A stretch of 48,726 nt of DNA, filler included, from Trypethelium eluteriae (taxonomy: Eukaryota): NCBI GenBank assembly GCA_051942245.1. It is 2 parts of 2 records of this genome, joined end to end, with 100 filler letters (N's around TTAATTAATTAA, not from the genome) between each part and the next. Parts side by side here need not be neighbours in the genome. Positions count along the whole stretch, not along the records: positions 24,466 to 48,726 come from JAVECL010000405.1; 1 more part is not named here. One strand, written 5' to 3'. The notes below the pieces were generated by a model. It was not told the DNA's origin and did no database searches. It saw only the letters and a list, made by a program, of their open reading frames with translations. The number at the start of each line of letters is the position of its first letter. Position 1 is the stretch's first letter. A program made the translations under genes and the position numbers. This document shows positions 25,090-35,560 of this stretch, piece after piece.

Positions 25090-25441
25090 GCTGGAGGAGG
25101 AGATGGGAATAATGGAAAAGAAGCCTGGTTGGGGTCAGCGATAAGGAGATGGGCTTATGTCTGTCCTGGACGGAATACCGGGGTAATGTGGATGACAAGC
25201 ATAAAGTGCGTAGATAGATTAAAATGTTTCTCTTTCCCTAAAGGAATGACTTTATCAGCGAAATATTCGTTTTCTGTAAAGACTTTTGAGCCAGGCCACG
25301 CTTTTATGTGATGAAGCACGCGAGGGTATCGTCCTGTCAAATCAACCAATACATTGAAGCCCTTGCTAGATCTCCAACGATTCCACTTTCCCATGGCCCT
25401 TTGAAATCTCGTGCCAAGCTTAGATATTGTCCTCCCTTCCC

Positions 25442-28400
25442 TCATCCTTGCTTCTCCCCCGGCGTGCTCTTCCCTCCAAGTATCGACAAGACCTTCGCAA
25501 ACCCCTGACTCAACGGCCATGCCTCCATCCCCACCAACGTCCGGCACGCCACCGACAACAACCTCTGACCCGCACCAGGCCCCGTAATATTCCCCACATC
25601 ACTAATATGCCCCCTGAGATCCGCCCCCTCCTCAACCCACAACCTCACCACCGCCTCCTCCTTCGCTCGATCCAGCCTCACAGTCCTCTGCTTCTCCTCC
25701 CCGACTCGATCCACGCCGGCCGCACCACCCGCAGTACTTCTCCGCCGAATCCGCGTCTGGCCCGGCGCATCCAGCGTCGGCTGCAGCTGGACGTAGACCC
25801 AAAGCGTTAGTGTCGAAATGAGCAGGGCGAAGGGCTCGAAGAAGTTGGATTTCTTATTTGCCGCGGCACCGATGCCGCCTGTGGCGCTGCGGACGAAGGT
25901 GAAGACGATGGCGGCGTGGAGGACGGCGCGACGAGCGACGCGTCCGTCATCGTCGTGCAGCCAGGCAAGTAGTTTCTGGTGGATGACTTCCTTCTTGTCT
26001 GAGGAGTAGACCTCAGCGCCGGCGAAGGCGAGGAGTTCGGTGAGGGGCGCGTAGATGAGGAGGGTGATGTGATGGGTCTGGTTGCGGACAGTGGACGCCA
26101 TTGGAGAGGACTCCTCGGCGACGAGAGGGTGGGCGGCGAGGGTCTCGAGCATGCAACGCCACTCATCTTGGAGTTGCCAGCGGCGTCGAGGCTCAGCAAC
26201 GGGCGAGAGGTGTTGGATGAGGGGATTTTTAAAGGCGCGCCGGGCTTCCCAAATGGTTGCGAAGATGGCTTGTCCAACTTGAATCCGCGCGAGGTCGCCT
26301 ACTGCGGAGGAAATGCCGCGTCTGCTTTTCAGGTCGGATAAGGCAGTATGTATATCCGGGATTTGAAACTGGTACTTGAGGTACAGCGGTCTCCAGGCCT
26401 CTGCGGTAGCAGCCTCCCAGACATCTTCCCGAATAGGTAGCTTGCGTTGCACCTCTATGATATCCATCGAAGAATGAATATCAAAGAACATGCATAACTG
26501 AGAGTCAAGGGCCTAATGAAGTTTAGCTCTTTGTACAATGGTCATGTGTATCATTTGCATACCCAAACAACGTAAGCCAGTCGTGTGCGAGCCTCTTCAT
26601 TCCTCCATTGAATCCATTTAGCGTCGAGTTCGGCTCCTGACAAAGGCTCAAGATCAGGGTTGATAGGTCGTACTGGCTCCTTCAACGAGTTGTTGCGGCG
26701 AGTTTGGACGATTAGAGCTCCCCAATCTGCTTGTGCGACCTCAAGAAATCTTTTGTCTCCGCTATATAACATACTTAAGTTGTTAAGCAGCTGGGCTTGG
26801 GTGTACCAAGTTTTCCTAGCATTAGAGTTGTCCATTTCAATCTATGCAGAGTTAGGTCTCGACAAGATCTTATGGTCTTGCCTGCTATTCGACATACCGT
26901 TTGCAAAAGCGCGCGTCTTGTGAGCTCACTCAAGGGAATGGCACATTTCCTTGCCTCTTTCGATCGAGAGTAACGGCAGCCGATTGACACGATCGCTAAG
27001 ATGAGCACGAAGTGTGCCTGTGACGGATTGAATGTCGGCTGGTGCAGAAGGGGATACATTGGTTGGAAGTATTCGAAATAGAGTTGAATGAAACAATCAA
27101 AAGCCGCCAGTGGTGGTAAGTTAGAGTCTCTGAACTTCTTGAACAAGCTTTGATTGGAGCTGACGGTAGTGAAACATCGGGAAATATCGTCGTAAACTTT
27201 TTGACTGAGTGATTCTACATGCGCAAAGTTTTCGGCCTCGAATACGTCAGGCGGTGTCTGGTCCATGTTAGGAAACCCCATCAGATTGTCTGGTTTGCTC
27301 GGGTTCCAATGTGTTGGCCACGGTCCGCTATTCTTGAGCATTTGCTCCTGTCTTGCATCATCAAGAGCGACGTTGCTCGAAGTATTGTTTTGGGTATGAC
27401 GGGAGGGTGGTAAGGACTGTGGACCGGATTGAGGAGTGGCTATAGGGGTATTGAAGCTTTCTGAAGAAGACAAAGCTTGAGATTGTAGAGACGACTGCCC
27501 AAAGTCTGCCGAAATCCTTGGAAGAACCGGCCCACTGTTCAGCGTCTGCCCGGACAATGTATCGTATTTATCAGTAGGCCAGTGTGGTCCGTCAAGCTGC
27601 ACATAACCAGCATTTGGACTCCATGTAGGAATCTGGGTATTGTAAGAAAACATGTCAAAGCCAGTGGAGGGAATCTGCAATGAATCCGGATAATTAAAAT
27701 CAAGCGTAGTCCATTCACCAATATCAGCCACTTGATCCCAAGGGATGTCATAATCCATTGTATCCATGGGAGAGAAATTGGCGTTGTATGCCGACCAGTT
27801 ATCCGTGACATTCTGTGCGATATTCGAAGATGGGGGAGACAGTTGTCCGCTCGCGGAAGCATAAGTACTTGGTAAGCGATTGAAGCCAGGAGCCATCGCC
27901 TGACCTTGTGCGTAATGGGTTGCAGTACTGTCTTGTGGTGCCTGCCGCAATTCTAAATTCGACTGACGGAACTCTGAAGTAGCTATACCGGCAGCCTGTG
28001 AAAGGGCGTCCAAAGCTTGAGTATCCATATAGAGGTTCTCGTTATTTGCATGGTCATGAGACCCAGATACTGAGCTGTTCGTTTGGTCCTGATCTTCTGA
28101 ACCGGTGGGCTCGATATCATTCTCTGGCTCAAGCTCATTGTCCTCCATGGATACTTCGTTGTCGTCCATGGACATTTCGGTGTCCTCTCGTACATCAGAG
28201 GGGGATACGTTTTTGGGTAATACTGGTTTGACACGACGTCTTGTCCGAGCAGTATATTCGCATTGCACTCTTCTCTTGATGCATCTAGCGCATGGCTGTT
28301 TCCCTTCGCATTTCAACTTAGATTTGGAACAGGGTTCACAAGCTCTTGAGATTCTATTGTAGGCACTGCGTGGTTGAGTCTCGGATTCAGGATTGACGTG

Positions 28401-28688
28401 GCGGCCACGATAGTGACGGGCAAGACTGTCTCTGAACAGGATGTCAACTCAAGCTTGTTCTCATGAAACCAAAATCGGCTACCCTCGAGTAAAGGCCTTG
28501 GAGCAGACATTGCAGACGAAGGCTCGATCGTCTTCATGACTGCGCAAATGACGCTGGAGGTGGTCACCTCTGGTGAATCCGCTCTGACAGAATTGACAAA
28601 TGAAGCGGGGAGGCTGAGAGTCTGATGTGCTTGGATTGTTTGGAGCTGTTGAGGAAAGCGTTGGCAGCGCTGCTGCATCGGAAGCCAT
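25442..28688 (-). CDS. Transcription factor with two C2H2 fingers, a Zn(II)2Cys6 cluster and a fungal-specific TF domain, ~1029 aa
   Basis: Exons 28688-28483, 28431-26898, 26841-26563 and 26512-25442 total 3090 nt in frame. CQFC..FTRGDHLQRHLRSH, CNVC..FTRGDSLARHYRGRH, RACEPCSKSKLKCEGKQPCARCIKRRVQC, FIQLYFEYFQPMYPLLHQPTF, W..EEARTRLAYVVW.LD, LP..EDVWEA.TA..W. Confidence 0.92.
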
Positions 28689-28820
28689 AGGGATGTAACT
28701 ATAGGTAGAGACGGTCGAGAGGCGGGCCCGAAGTCCCCACGTTCCCCCCACAGAAGCGGAAGGAACAAGACGGCAGAGGAAAGACGGAGCGGGACGGAAG
28801 ATCCGTGTGTGACCACCCGT

Positions 28821-28838
28821 GCACCGGTGCACCGGTGC
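28821..28838. repeat. 18-bp perfect palindrome built from an 8-bp tandem unit (GCACCGGT)
   Basis: GCACCGGTGCACCGGTGC equals its own reverse complement and lies in the divergent intergenic region between the TF and IFRD genes. Confidence 0.8.
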
Positions 28839-29245
28839 CACCTACCAGGTAAGCACCTAAGGGTGTAAGTTGACCCGAGGTGCGAGCACCCGAGATCATC
28901 CGCACGATTATGTCAGCTCTGATCTGTGCTGGCGCGCATCACGCACACCCAACCTCGTGCATATTCTCCGTTCGCCTTTTTTCCTATTGTCCCTGAGCTC
29001 CTGCCTGCAATAGCTATTGTCCTGCGCCCTCAACCATCTATCTGCCCTTATGGATTATCGACTTCTCAATATTTTAACACAGTTACACCACTTTCGTCCA
29101 CCATTAGAACAGTTTTACGCCTATCCATATCCTTATCGCTGACAGACAACGCACCGCTGCAGTATCGCGCCTAGCGAGCGCACATTTCAAACCTTCATTT
29201 TCCTACTCCATTTCTTCTCCTCTCGCCTTCCAAAGCCCTTCCATC

Positions 29246-30574
29246 ATGCATGATCTTCGCCGACAAGCGCTCGAGAGCGGCAAGACCGTCTCGAGAAAAG
29301 CAAGATCCCGGCAATCTACCACTCCATCCTCCAAGACCAACTCGCGTGCCGCATCGCGAGTAAACAGCAGAAATCCATCAGACGACGAAGAGGGCAATCT
29401 AAGCGATGGCACTGCCTGGAGCAGCAACTCCATCGACGACTTACTCGCATCAGATGAGGTTCAGCTTCAGACGGATGCTTGGAGGACTCTCCTAGACGAG
29501 CGAGTGGAGCAGATCATCGACCGCAAGCGCAGCAGTGTGCAAGGACGAGAAGAAAGTCTTGCTGCATATATTCATATTTTGACTAGCCAATACACTCAAG
29601 AAGTTATTCATAATAAAATTGGAGAGCTTGTTCCGGCTTTTTTGAAGAGCATCAAATCTGAGACTAACGAGAAAGAGACGGTTCTTGCTCTCAAAGCACT
29701 TGCACTCACTCTCATCACCGAGCCGGACGAGTCAATCTACGCCTCTGTCTACCAACCCATCAAGCGCACCATGACCGACTCCGAATCACAGCTTGCCAAA
29801 GTCGCCGCTGTCCACGCACTTGGTATCGCAACCTTCTACGGTGGCGCCTCCCTCGCCGAAACTGACGATGTTATGGCACAACTGCTTGAAATAGTCGAAT
29901 CCGATGGTCATGCGGTAGAAGCTGGAGACAGTGGCCTTGTCGTCACTGCCGCACTTGAAGAATGGGGCTTTCTCGCGACACAGCTGGATGACATTGAGGA
30001 TATCACCGAGTCAGCTATGGAAGCCTTTGTCGAGCAACTTGACTCGTCGGATCCTGCCGTTCAAATTGCTGCCGGGGAGAACATCGCACTACTGTACGAG
30101 AAAAGCTACACGCCACTGGAGGCTGGCGAATCGGCTTCAAGTTCCGAGGATGATTACGATGACGAGGATCCAGATGACAAGAACGGAGAGAAACTCATCA
30201 AACGCTACGATGTCTACCGTCGCGAAGACCAGCTTAAGCACAGCCTCTCTGCGCTTGCCAACGTTAGTGGTCGACACATGTCAAAGAAGGACAAAAAGTC
30301 CCTTCACACCAACTTCGCAGACATTCTCAACACGGTGGAATACCCCACACGTGGCCCGCGCTATTCCAATGCTGTTTCAGACGAATCCGGAAAACGCTTC
30401 GGCAGTAGGATGACGGTTAGAATCCACAAGACTGGTGAGATGAGGATCGACAAGTGGTGGAAGCTGCATCGGCTTCAGGCTCTTAGGCGGGTTTTGCAGG
30501 GTGGCTTTGTGGTGCACTATGAAAAGAATGAGGTCGTGTTCGATAGTCTGCCGATCATGATATCAAGGGGCTAA
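29246..30574 (+). CDS. IFRD (interferon-related developmental regulator) domain protein, 442 aa
   Basis: Single 442-aa ORF. Fungal IFRD-type N-terminus MHDLRRQALESGKTVSRKARSR, then IIDRKRSSVQGREE, VVTAALEEWGFLAT, VQIAAGENIALLYEK and IDKWWKLHRL..LRRVLQGGF..HY..N. Confidence 0.88.
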   Translation: MHDLRRQALESGKTVSRKARSRQSTTPSSKTNSRAASRVNSRNPSDDEEGNLSDGTAWSSNSIDDLLASDEVQLQTDAWRTLLDERVEQIIDRKRSSVQGREESLAAYIHILTSQYTQEVIHNKIGELVPAFLKSIKSETNEKETVLALKALALTLITEPDESIYASVYQPIKRTMTDSESQLAKVAAVHALGIATFYGGASLAETDDVMAQLLEIVESDGHAVEAGDSGLVVTAALEEWGFLATQLDDIEDITESAMEAFVEQLDSSDPAVQIAAGENIALLYEKSYTPLEAGESASSSEDDYDDEDPDDKNGEKLIKRYDVYRREDQLKHSLSALANVSGRHMSKKDKKSLHTNFADILNTVEYPTRGPRYSNAVSDESGKRFGSRMTVRIHKTGEMRIDKWWKLHRLQALRRVLQGGFVVHYEKNEVVFDSLPIMISRG

Positions 30575-31330
30575 AGCATTGAATCAAGTTGAGACTTCTT
30601 GGGGGAGGTTTGATCACTCTGATTAGCATTGACGCAGGGGCACTCTTGCATACTCGATGGGATATCGTAATTGATGACGATGCATTTTTGCGTTACAGGG
30701 AGGCACTGGTATTTGTCACTTGGCATTCGCTGCAGACTTCCATCGTAGCCTGCATCTGCTCCAGCCGTATGAATTTTGATTTTGCGATAGTACCACGTAG
30801 GACAGCAGTTCTGATGCATTGTATAAGATTGATCTTTACCTATTTGACTGTGAGATGGGCGGAAGAGCAAAGCAACATCATGGTTACTGGCACAGGTCGG
30901 GCCACGCACCTCATGTAAGCATCTAGTGAATCCTGAACAATGGCGGCCACGCACATCATATAAGCATCTACTCCGTAGTGAATACAGAATATTGGCCCTT
31001 GAAGTGAATGGCATTCAGGGCTGTGATACTCCCTCGTTAATCATCAAAATGATGAATGCTGGTGATGCCCTTTCAAAACCTGTTATCACGTTCCACACCT
31101 CCTCTGTTGATGCAGACGCCATTGCCCTTGACCTTATTCTTAGCAAATGATTTCTCTGTTGTCAACGAAGTCTTTTGAAGACTTCCAGCACTTCTTCGAC
31201 CCGTTCCAGGGTTTCAACCATTGCATCATCGTAATCTGATATAACTTCCACATCCCAGATACTGATCAATCTCCTTATTCAACAGTTTGAGCACCTTACA
31301 ATAATCCGACAAAGTCGCAGAACTTTCTTC
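30571..31330 (-). pseudogene. Possible highly degenerate DEAD-box helicase relic
   Basis: One frame with TGA stops at 31162-31164 and 31015-31017 reads DVEVISDYDDAM..EEVLEVFKRL*..ASASTEEVWNVITGF..*..CIVINYDIPSSMQE. The order resembles motif II, motif III and the VINYDLP segment. Similarity is weak. Confidence 0.3.
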
Positions 31331-31835
31331 GAGTTGGACTTTGACCTGTTTCCCCACATGGTACGCATTTATGCCTCTGTTCAAGAGGGGAAGGGTGGCG
31401 TCTCCCCGCCCACTCGCGAATGGTACCATGACGACGCTCAAACTTAGAATATGGTGTTTGCGTGTCGTTCTGTTGTAATTGATGAATATTCGGTGCAATC
31501 GTACTTAATCCTGGATGAGAATGAGAATCCAGCTTTCTCTGTGGACCAAAAAGACTTAAAGCTCTTACAAACTATCAATTTCCATGGGCCGACTTACTGT
31601 TCTCATGAAACATCACTACGCAAGATAAACCAATCCAACAATGCATCCAGCGCTGGCAATCCCCTGATCAAAGATGGGGTCAGATAGTACGTTTTGATTT
31701 CCTATATTAGTAACTCAAGGGCGTCTTGGTTCATCATTGCCTACAAAACAGTCAACGATCTCCAGTCATTGAATCTTTTTAAATAGTCCTTTCTCACTCT
31801 CTAACCGCTCCCAAACACCGCTTTCTTCGCCCAAA

Positions 31836-33416
31836 ATGAAGGTCACTGTTATTGCTTTCCTGATAGTTCTCGGCCTCTGCGTCATTAGGCAAGTTTTCTC
31901 CCCAAATATCAGCACGGTTTTCTCTCTAATTCGTCCATTCGGCCATTGCAGCGTACATGCCCTCCCATTCCCAACACCGGGCAATGTGGACCTGTCGTGG
32001 ACTTTGTTACCCCCGGACAAAAGGCCCTCCAAAGACAAGCCTGCTGCTGCTCCTGTTACTGGTCCTGCTGCTGAGGAGAGCAAAGACGCTGCCCCGAAAT
32101 GCCCGAAATGCCCTGCTGCAAATGCCACCACCAATGCTACTGCCAATGTCACTCAGATTCCTGTCGCCTACGTCAACCTCGTGAATCTGCAAGTCGATAA
32201 GGCTGAGCAGAAGCCACCCAAGAGAGACCTGCCATCATCACCCTCAACCGACGGCCTCGACAAGCGTGACCACGACCACAATTCCAACGTCGATGCGACG
32301 TACAACCAAAATCTGAAGGCAGACACCAAGATACACCATGATACCGACATCTTCAACGATAATCGCGTCAACGATATCGATACTCACGTGCAGAACAACA
32401 ACAACTACAATAGCGAAGTTACGAACGTGCTCAACGTTACCCACATCACTGACACGGATATCGTGCGGGCGGAGCCAGAGGGCAATCCGTCGGAGAAGAG
32501 AGAGTCGACGCTGGTGAAGAACGACCACAGATCGAAATCGCCGACGCAGCGGTCTCCTTCCCTTAAGTTTCGACGTGCGCTTCGCGGAGTCTTGCCTGGC
32601 AGTGTGGACAGATTGGTAGACAAGATTTCTAATATTATAAGGGAGGTGGGTTCGGCGAAAACCGGTACAGCAACACTGAGGCAGCTGCGCGATGTAAAAA
32701 AGGCGGTCTACGAGTGGCAGGCAGAGGTCGGCTGGACTCCAACGCCGCAACCAGCTCGACCCCGCCCAGCGTCAGAGGAGAAGAAGAACGATGAGCAGAA
32801 CGTTCTTCCCGGTAAGCCCCAGTCCTCCCCACCGCCGAAGGCGAAGCGAGAGGAGGAGAACGACGAGAAAAAGTCCGTCAAGGCACCGCGTCGCGTTCGC
32901 ATTCCCTCGAGGCTGGGCGACTGGGAGAAGCCGCTCCGCACGTCGAACAGAAACGGAACGGACAGCATCGTAGGGTGGGACAACCGGGTCTATCTGATCC
33001 TTGCGGGCGCGAAAGGGGTTCCCGTCGCTCGGCCGTGCAACAGGACTTCAAACGGGAATGGGACGGACAGTATCCTCGCCTACAACGGTAAAATGTACCC
33101 GGTCCCAGCGGGCTCGAAGGGGGTGGACCGGACTGCGGTGCCGCCTCCTCGGTGGCCTGTGCGACAATCGATTGAGAGAATAGTGAAGGGGGTGGTGGAG
33201 GGAGAGACGGAGGTGAAGGAGGGAGTGCCGGTGTCGCCGGGAGCGAAGGCGGAGCAGGCCAGGAAGGCGGAGGAGGCCAGGAAGGCGGGGGAGAAGGTAA
33301 GGCCGGTTGCGAGGGATAAGGGCAAAATTGGGCCGAATAAGAAGGTAGTAGCCAGCCCAGGTATACTTGGGTATGCAGATAGCTTGTCTGCCAGTGAGAA
33401 AGGCGATAAGAAATAG
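31836..33416 (+). CDS. Secreted orphan protein with multiple KR/RR sites and a duplicated ~27-aa module (505 aa spliced, 526 aa unspliced)
   Basis: Long ORF. A probable in-frame 63-nt GC-AG intron at 31889-31951 restores the signal peptide MKVTVIAFLIVLGLCVISVHA-LP. Dibasic sites PKR, DKR, EKR, FRR, AKR. Several NxT sequons. Confidence 0.75.
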   Translation: MKVTVIAFLIVLGLCVIRQVFSPNISTVFSLIRPFGHCSVHALPFPTPGNVDLSWTLLPPDKRPSKDKPAAAPVTGPAAEESKDAAPKCPKCPAANATTNATANVTQIPVAYVNLVNLQVDKAEQKPPKRDLPSSPSTDGLDKRDHDHNSNVDATYNQNLKADTKIHHDTDIFNDNRVNDIDTHVQNNNNYNSEVTNVLNVTHITDTDIVRAEPEGNPSEKRESTLVKNDHRSKSPTQRSPSLKFRRALRGVLPGSVDRLVDKISNIIREVGSAKTGTATLRQLRDVKKAVYEWQAEVGWTPTPQPARPRPASEEKKNDEQNVLPGKPQSSPPPKAKREEENDEKKSVKAPRRVRIPSRLGDWEKPLRTSNRNGTDSIVGWDNRVYLILAGAKGVPVARPCNRTSNGNGTDSILAYNGKMYPVPAGSKGVDRTAVPPPRWPVRQSIERIVKGVVEGETEVKEGVPVSPGAKAEQARKAEEARKAGEKVRPVARDKGKIGPNKKVVASPGILGYADSLSASEKGDKK

Positions 33417-33931
33417 AGCTTCAAGAGGGATGAATAGCAACGTGAAAATGTCTGGAGTTGCGGCGTGGGCAATATGGGATAGGATCGTTGATCCTGGACT
33501 TTCTACATGTAGGAAAGAGAGAGTTCTAGTTACTCAAGAGTAATTTGATTCTAATGTCTGATGTCTACTTCAATGGTTGCAACCCGCCGCAAGGTTTAAC
33601 ATTTGAGGGTATAGGTGCTGGGTGGAATAAAAGTCGAAGCAGCACAAGTGCCACCCACCAGCAGTGGGTTATGTACAGGACCGGGCCGAACGAGTGTCTA
33701 TATGTAAAGAAACATGCATGTATACACAGAAGGACTCCAGCGCTGATGCAGGTGTATGATGATCGAGAGCTGTGAAAATTAAGAAAAGTGTCAGTAGGGG
33801 CTGGTGATGCTGGTCTTTCCTCCAAAATCAAACATTCCTCGAAACCTCGTAACAACAACATAATACCTGCCCTCCTCAGCGTTTCTCATCAATCTCTCTT
33901 TAATCAGACGTCGTCGAAGGAAAGCAAATCA

Positions 33932-35560
33932 TTACGTCCACCCCAGATCTCCCAGCAACCTCCTCGCCTCTCCCATACCAAGCCCGGAGCTACCAAGCGA
34001 ACGAACCAGAGGTCCACGCCTGAGTCGCTGCAGGCCCAGGGCGACCTTCCAACTTTCTTCATCTTTGAGGATGAAGACGTACTTTTTACCTTCCGGATCA
34101 CGAATACTTGCGCGAAGGATGTGCAGCGGTGGGTCAGTGATTGAGATGGTCTGTTGGAGATTTTGTCAGCATAACGCTTGCTTATGTTTTTCCACGTTTT
34201 CAGGAAAGAAAGTGCTTACCTCGACCAGTTTCATCCCCCAAGCCTTGACATCCCACTCGCGCTGCCCAATATTTCGCACGTCGTCATCGATAAACAGTCC
34301 TTCGGTTGTGATCTTTAATACCAAACCGTCAGTTACGCTGCCTACACCACTAACAAGTTGCGCCACTGGCTTGGGGAACAAGTCGTTGAAAAGATAGACA
34401 GCTTTTATGACGATCTTGTCCGGATCTTTCGTGGAGTATGGTCCACGGTGGCTTGGAGGAGGGGTAGTGCGAGCCGTAGTCTGGGAGGGAGCGTACGACG
34501 ACTCCGAGTACATCGAACTTGTCGATGCCGTCTTCGCCGGACGCTTGGGGGGCGTTTCATACGGCCGGAATGAATGTCCATCTTCTTCCGTACCTACGTA
34601 GCTTTTCGCTGTCGGTCTCTCATACTTTTTCCTCGGGCTAGTTTGCGACGATGTTGTCGACGCCTCGGTCGTACGCTTTGCCTTTTCTCTCGCCTCTTTC
34701 TCCTTAGCCTCCTTGGCCTCCCTTTCCCTGGCCTCTCTTTCCTTGGCATCTGCTTCCCTAGCTGCTTTCTCTCTTGCGAGTCGCTCCCTAATCAGCTTTT
34801 CTCGAGCTTCACGTTCGCGTGCTTCCTTTTCCCGTGCGCGGGCCTTTTCCCACTTTTCTTTTTCCGCCGCTTCTCGGGCCTTTTTCTCGTCTTCTTCCTT
34901 TTTCTTTCGGGCCTCCTCTGCTGCTTTTCGTTCCTCCTCCCGCGCTCTCCGTTCTTCCTCTCGCCTCCTTGTTTCCTCTCTTGCTTTCTCCCATGCAGCA
35001 CCACCAGCACCGCTAGTCGACTGTTGCCGTTGCTGCCAACCCGAGCCGGCGGGCTTGGGACCGGCATTGAAACCCCCTGTGTTAGCGTAACCATTGGCCC
35101 CAGGCGGTGGCCCTGTATTTCCTGAGCTTGGGTTAGGCCCTGCGCCATGATTGTGAGCTGCTCCCGATCCCGCTCCATGACCCCCTCCGCCTGGTGGTGG
35201 ACTGTGTCCGCCATGCCCGGTCTCCCCTTGCGTCTTGCCAAATGCCCAAGCTGCCACGCCGACACCCAGTACCAGCACGAACATGCCGCTACCACCACCG
35301 TTCTGACTCTGAGCTTGGACCCATGTCTTGAGGGCTGGAGCAATGGCGGTCCACACGCTCATGCCTAATATCGTACATGCGCATCCAGCAAGGAAGGAGT
35401 TTCGATGGGGCTGGAGAGAGGGAAGGTAGAGAAAGCCGCTGCCTGACGCGTGAGGTGGTATGATGAAGATGTCGTAGTTACCGGGGGGTAGTCCGGAGGC
35501 GGTGCGTGGATTTTCGCCATGAGGAGGTGGTGGCGGTGGTGGCGGCGGTGGACCACTCAT
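33932..35560 (-). CDS. Conserved fungal hypothetical protein: N-terminal hydrophobic segments, E/K/R/A coiled coil, globular C-terminal domain (519 aa)
   Basis: Exons 35560-34220 and 34150-33932 (GTAAGC...CTGAC...CAG). Blocks PPGNYDIFIIPPH..GFLYLPSL and DPDKIVIKAVYLF..VTDGLVLKITTEGLFIDDDVR..QREWDVKAW.MKLVE/..HILRASIRD.EGKKYVFIL. Confidence 0.85.
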
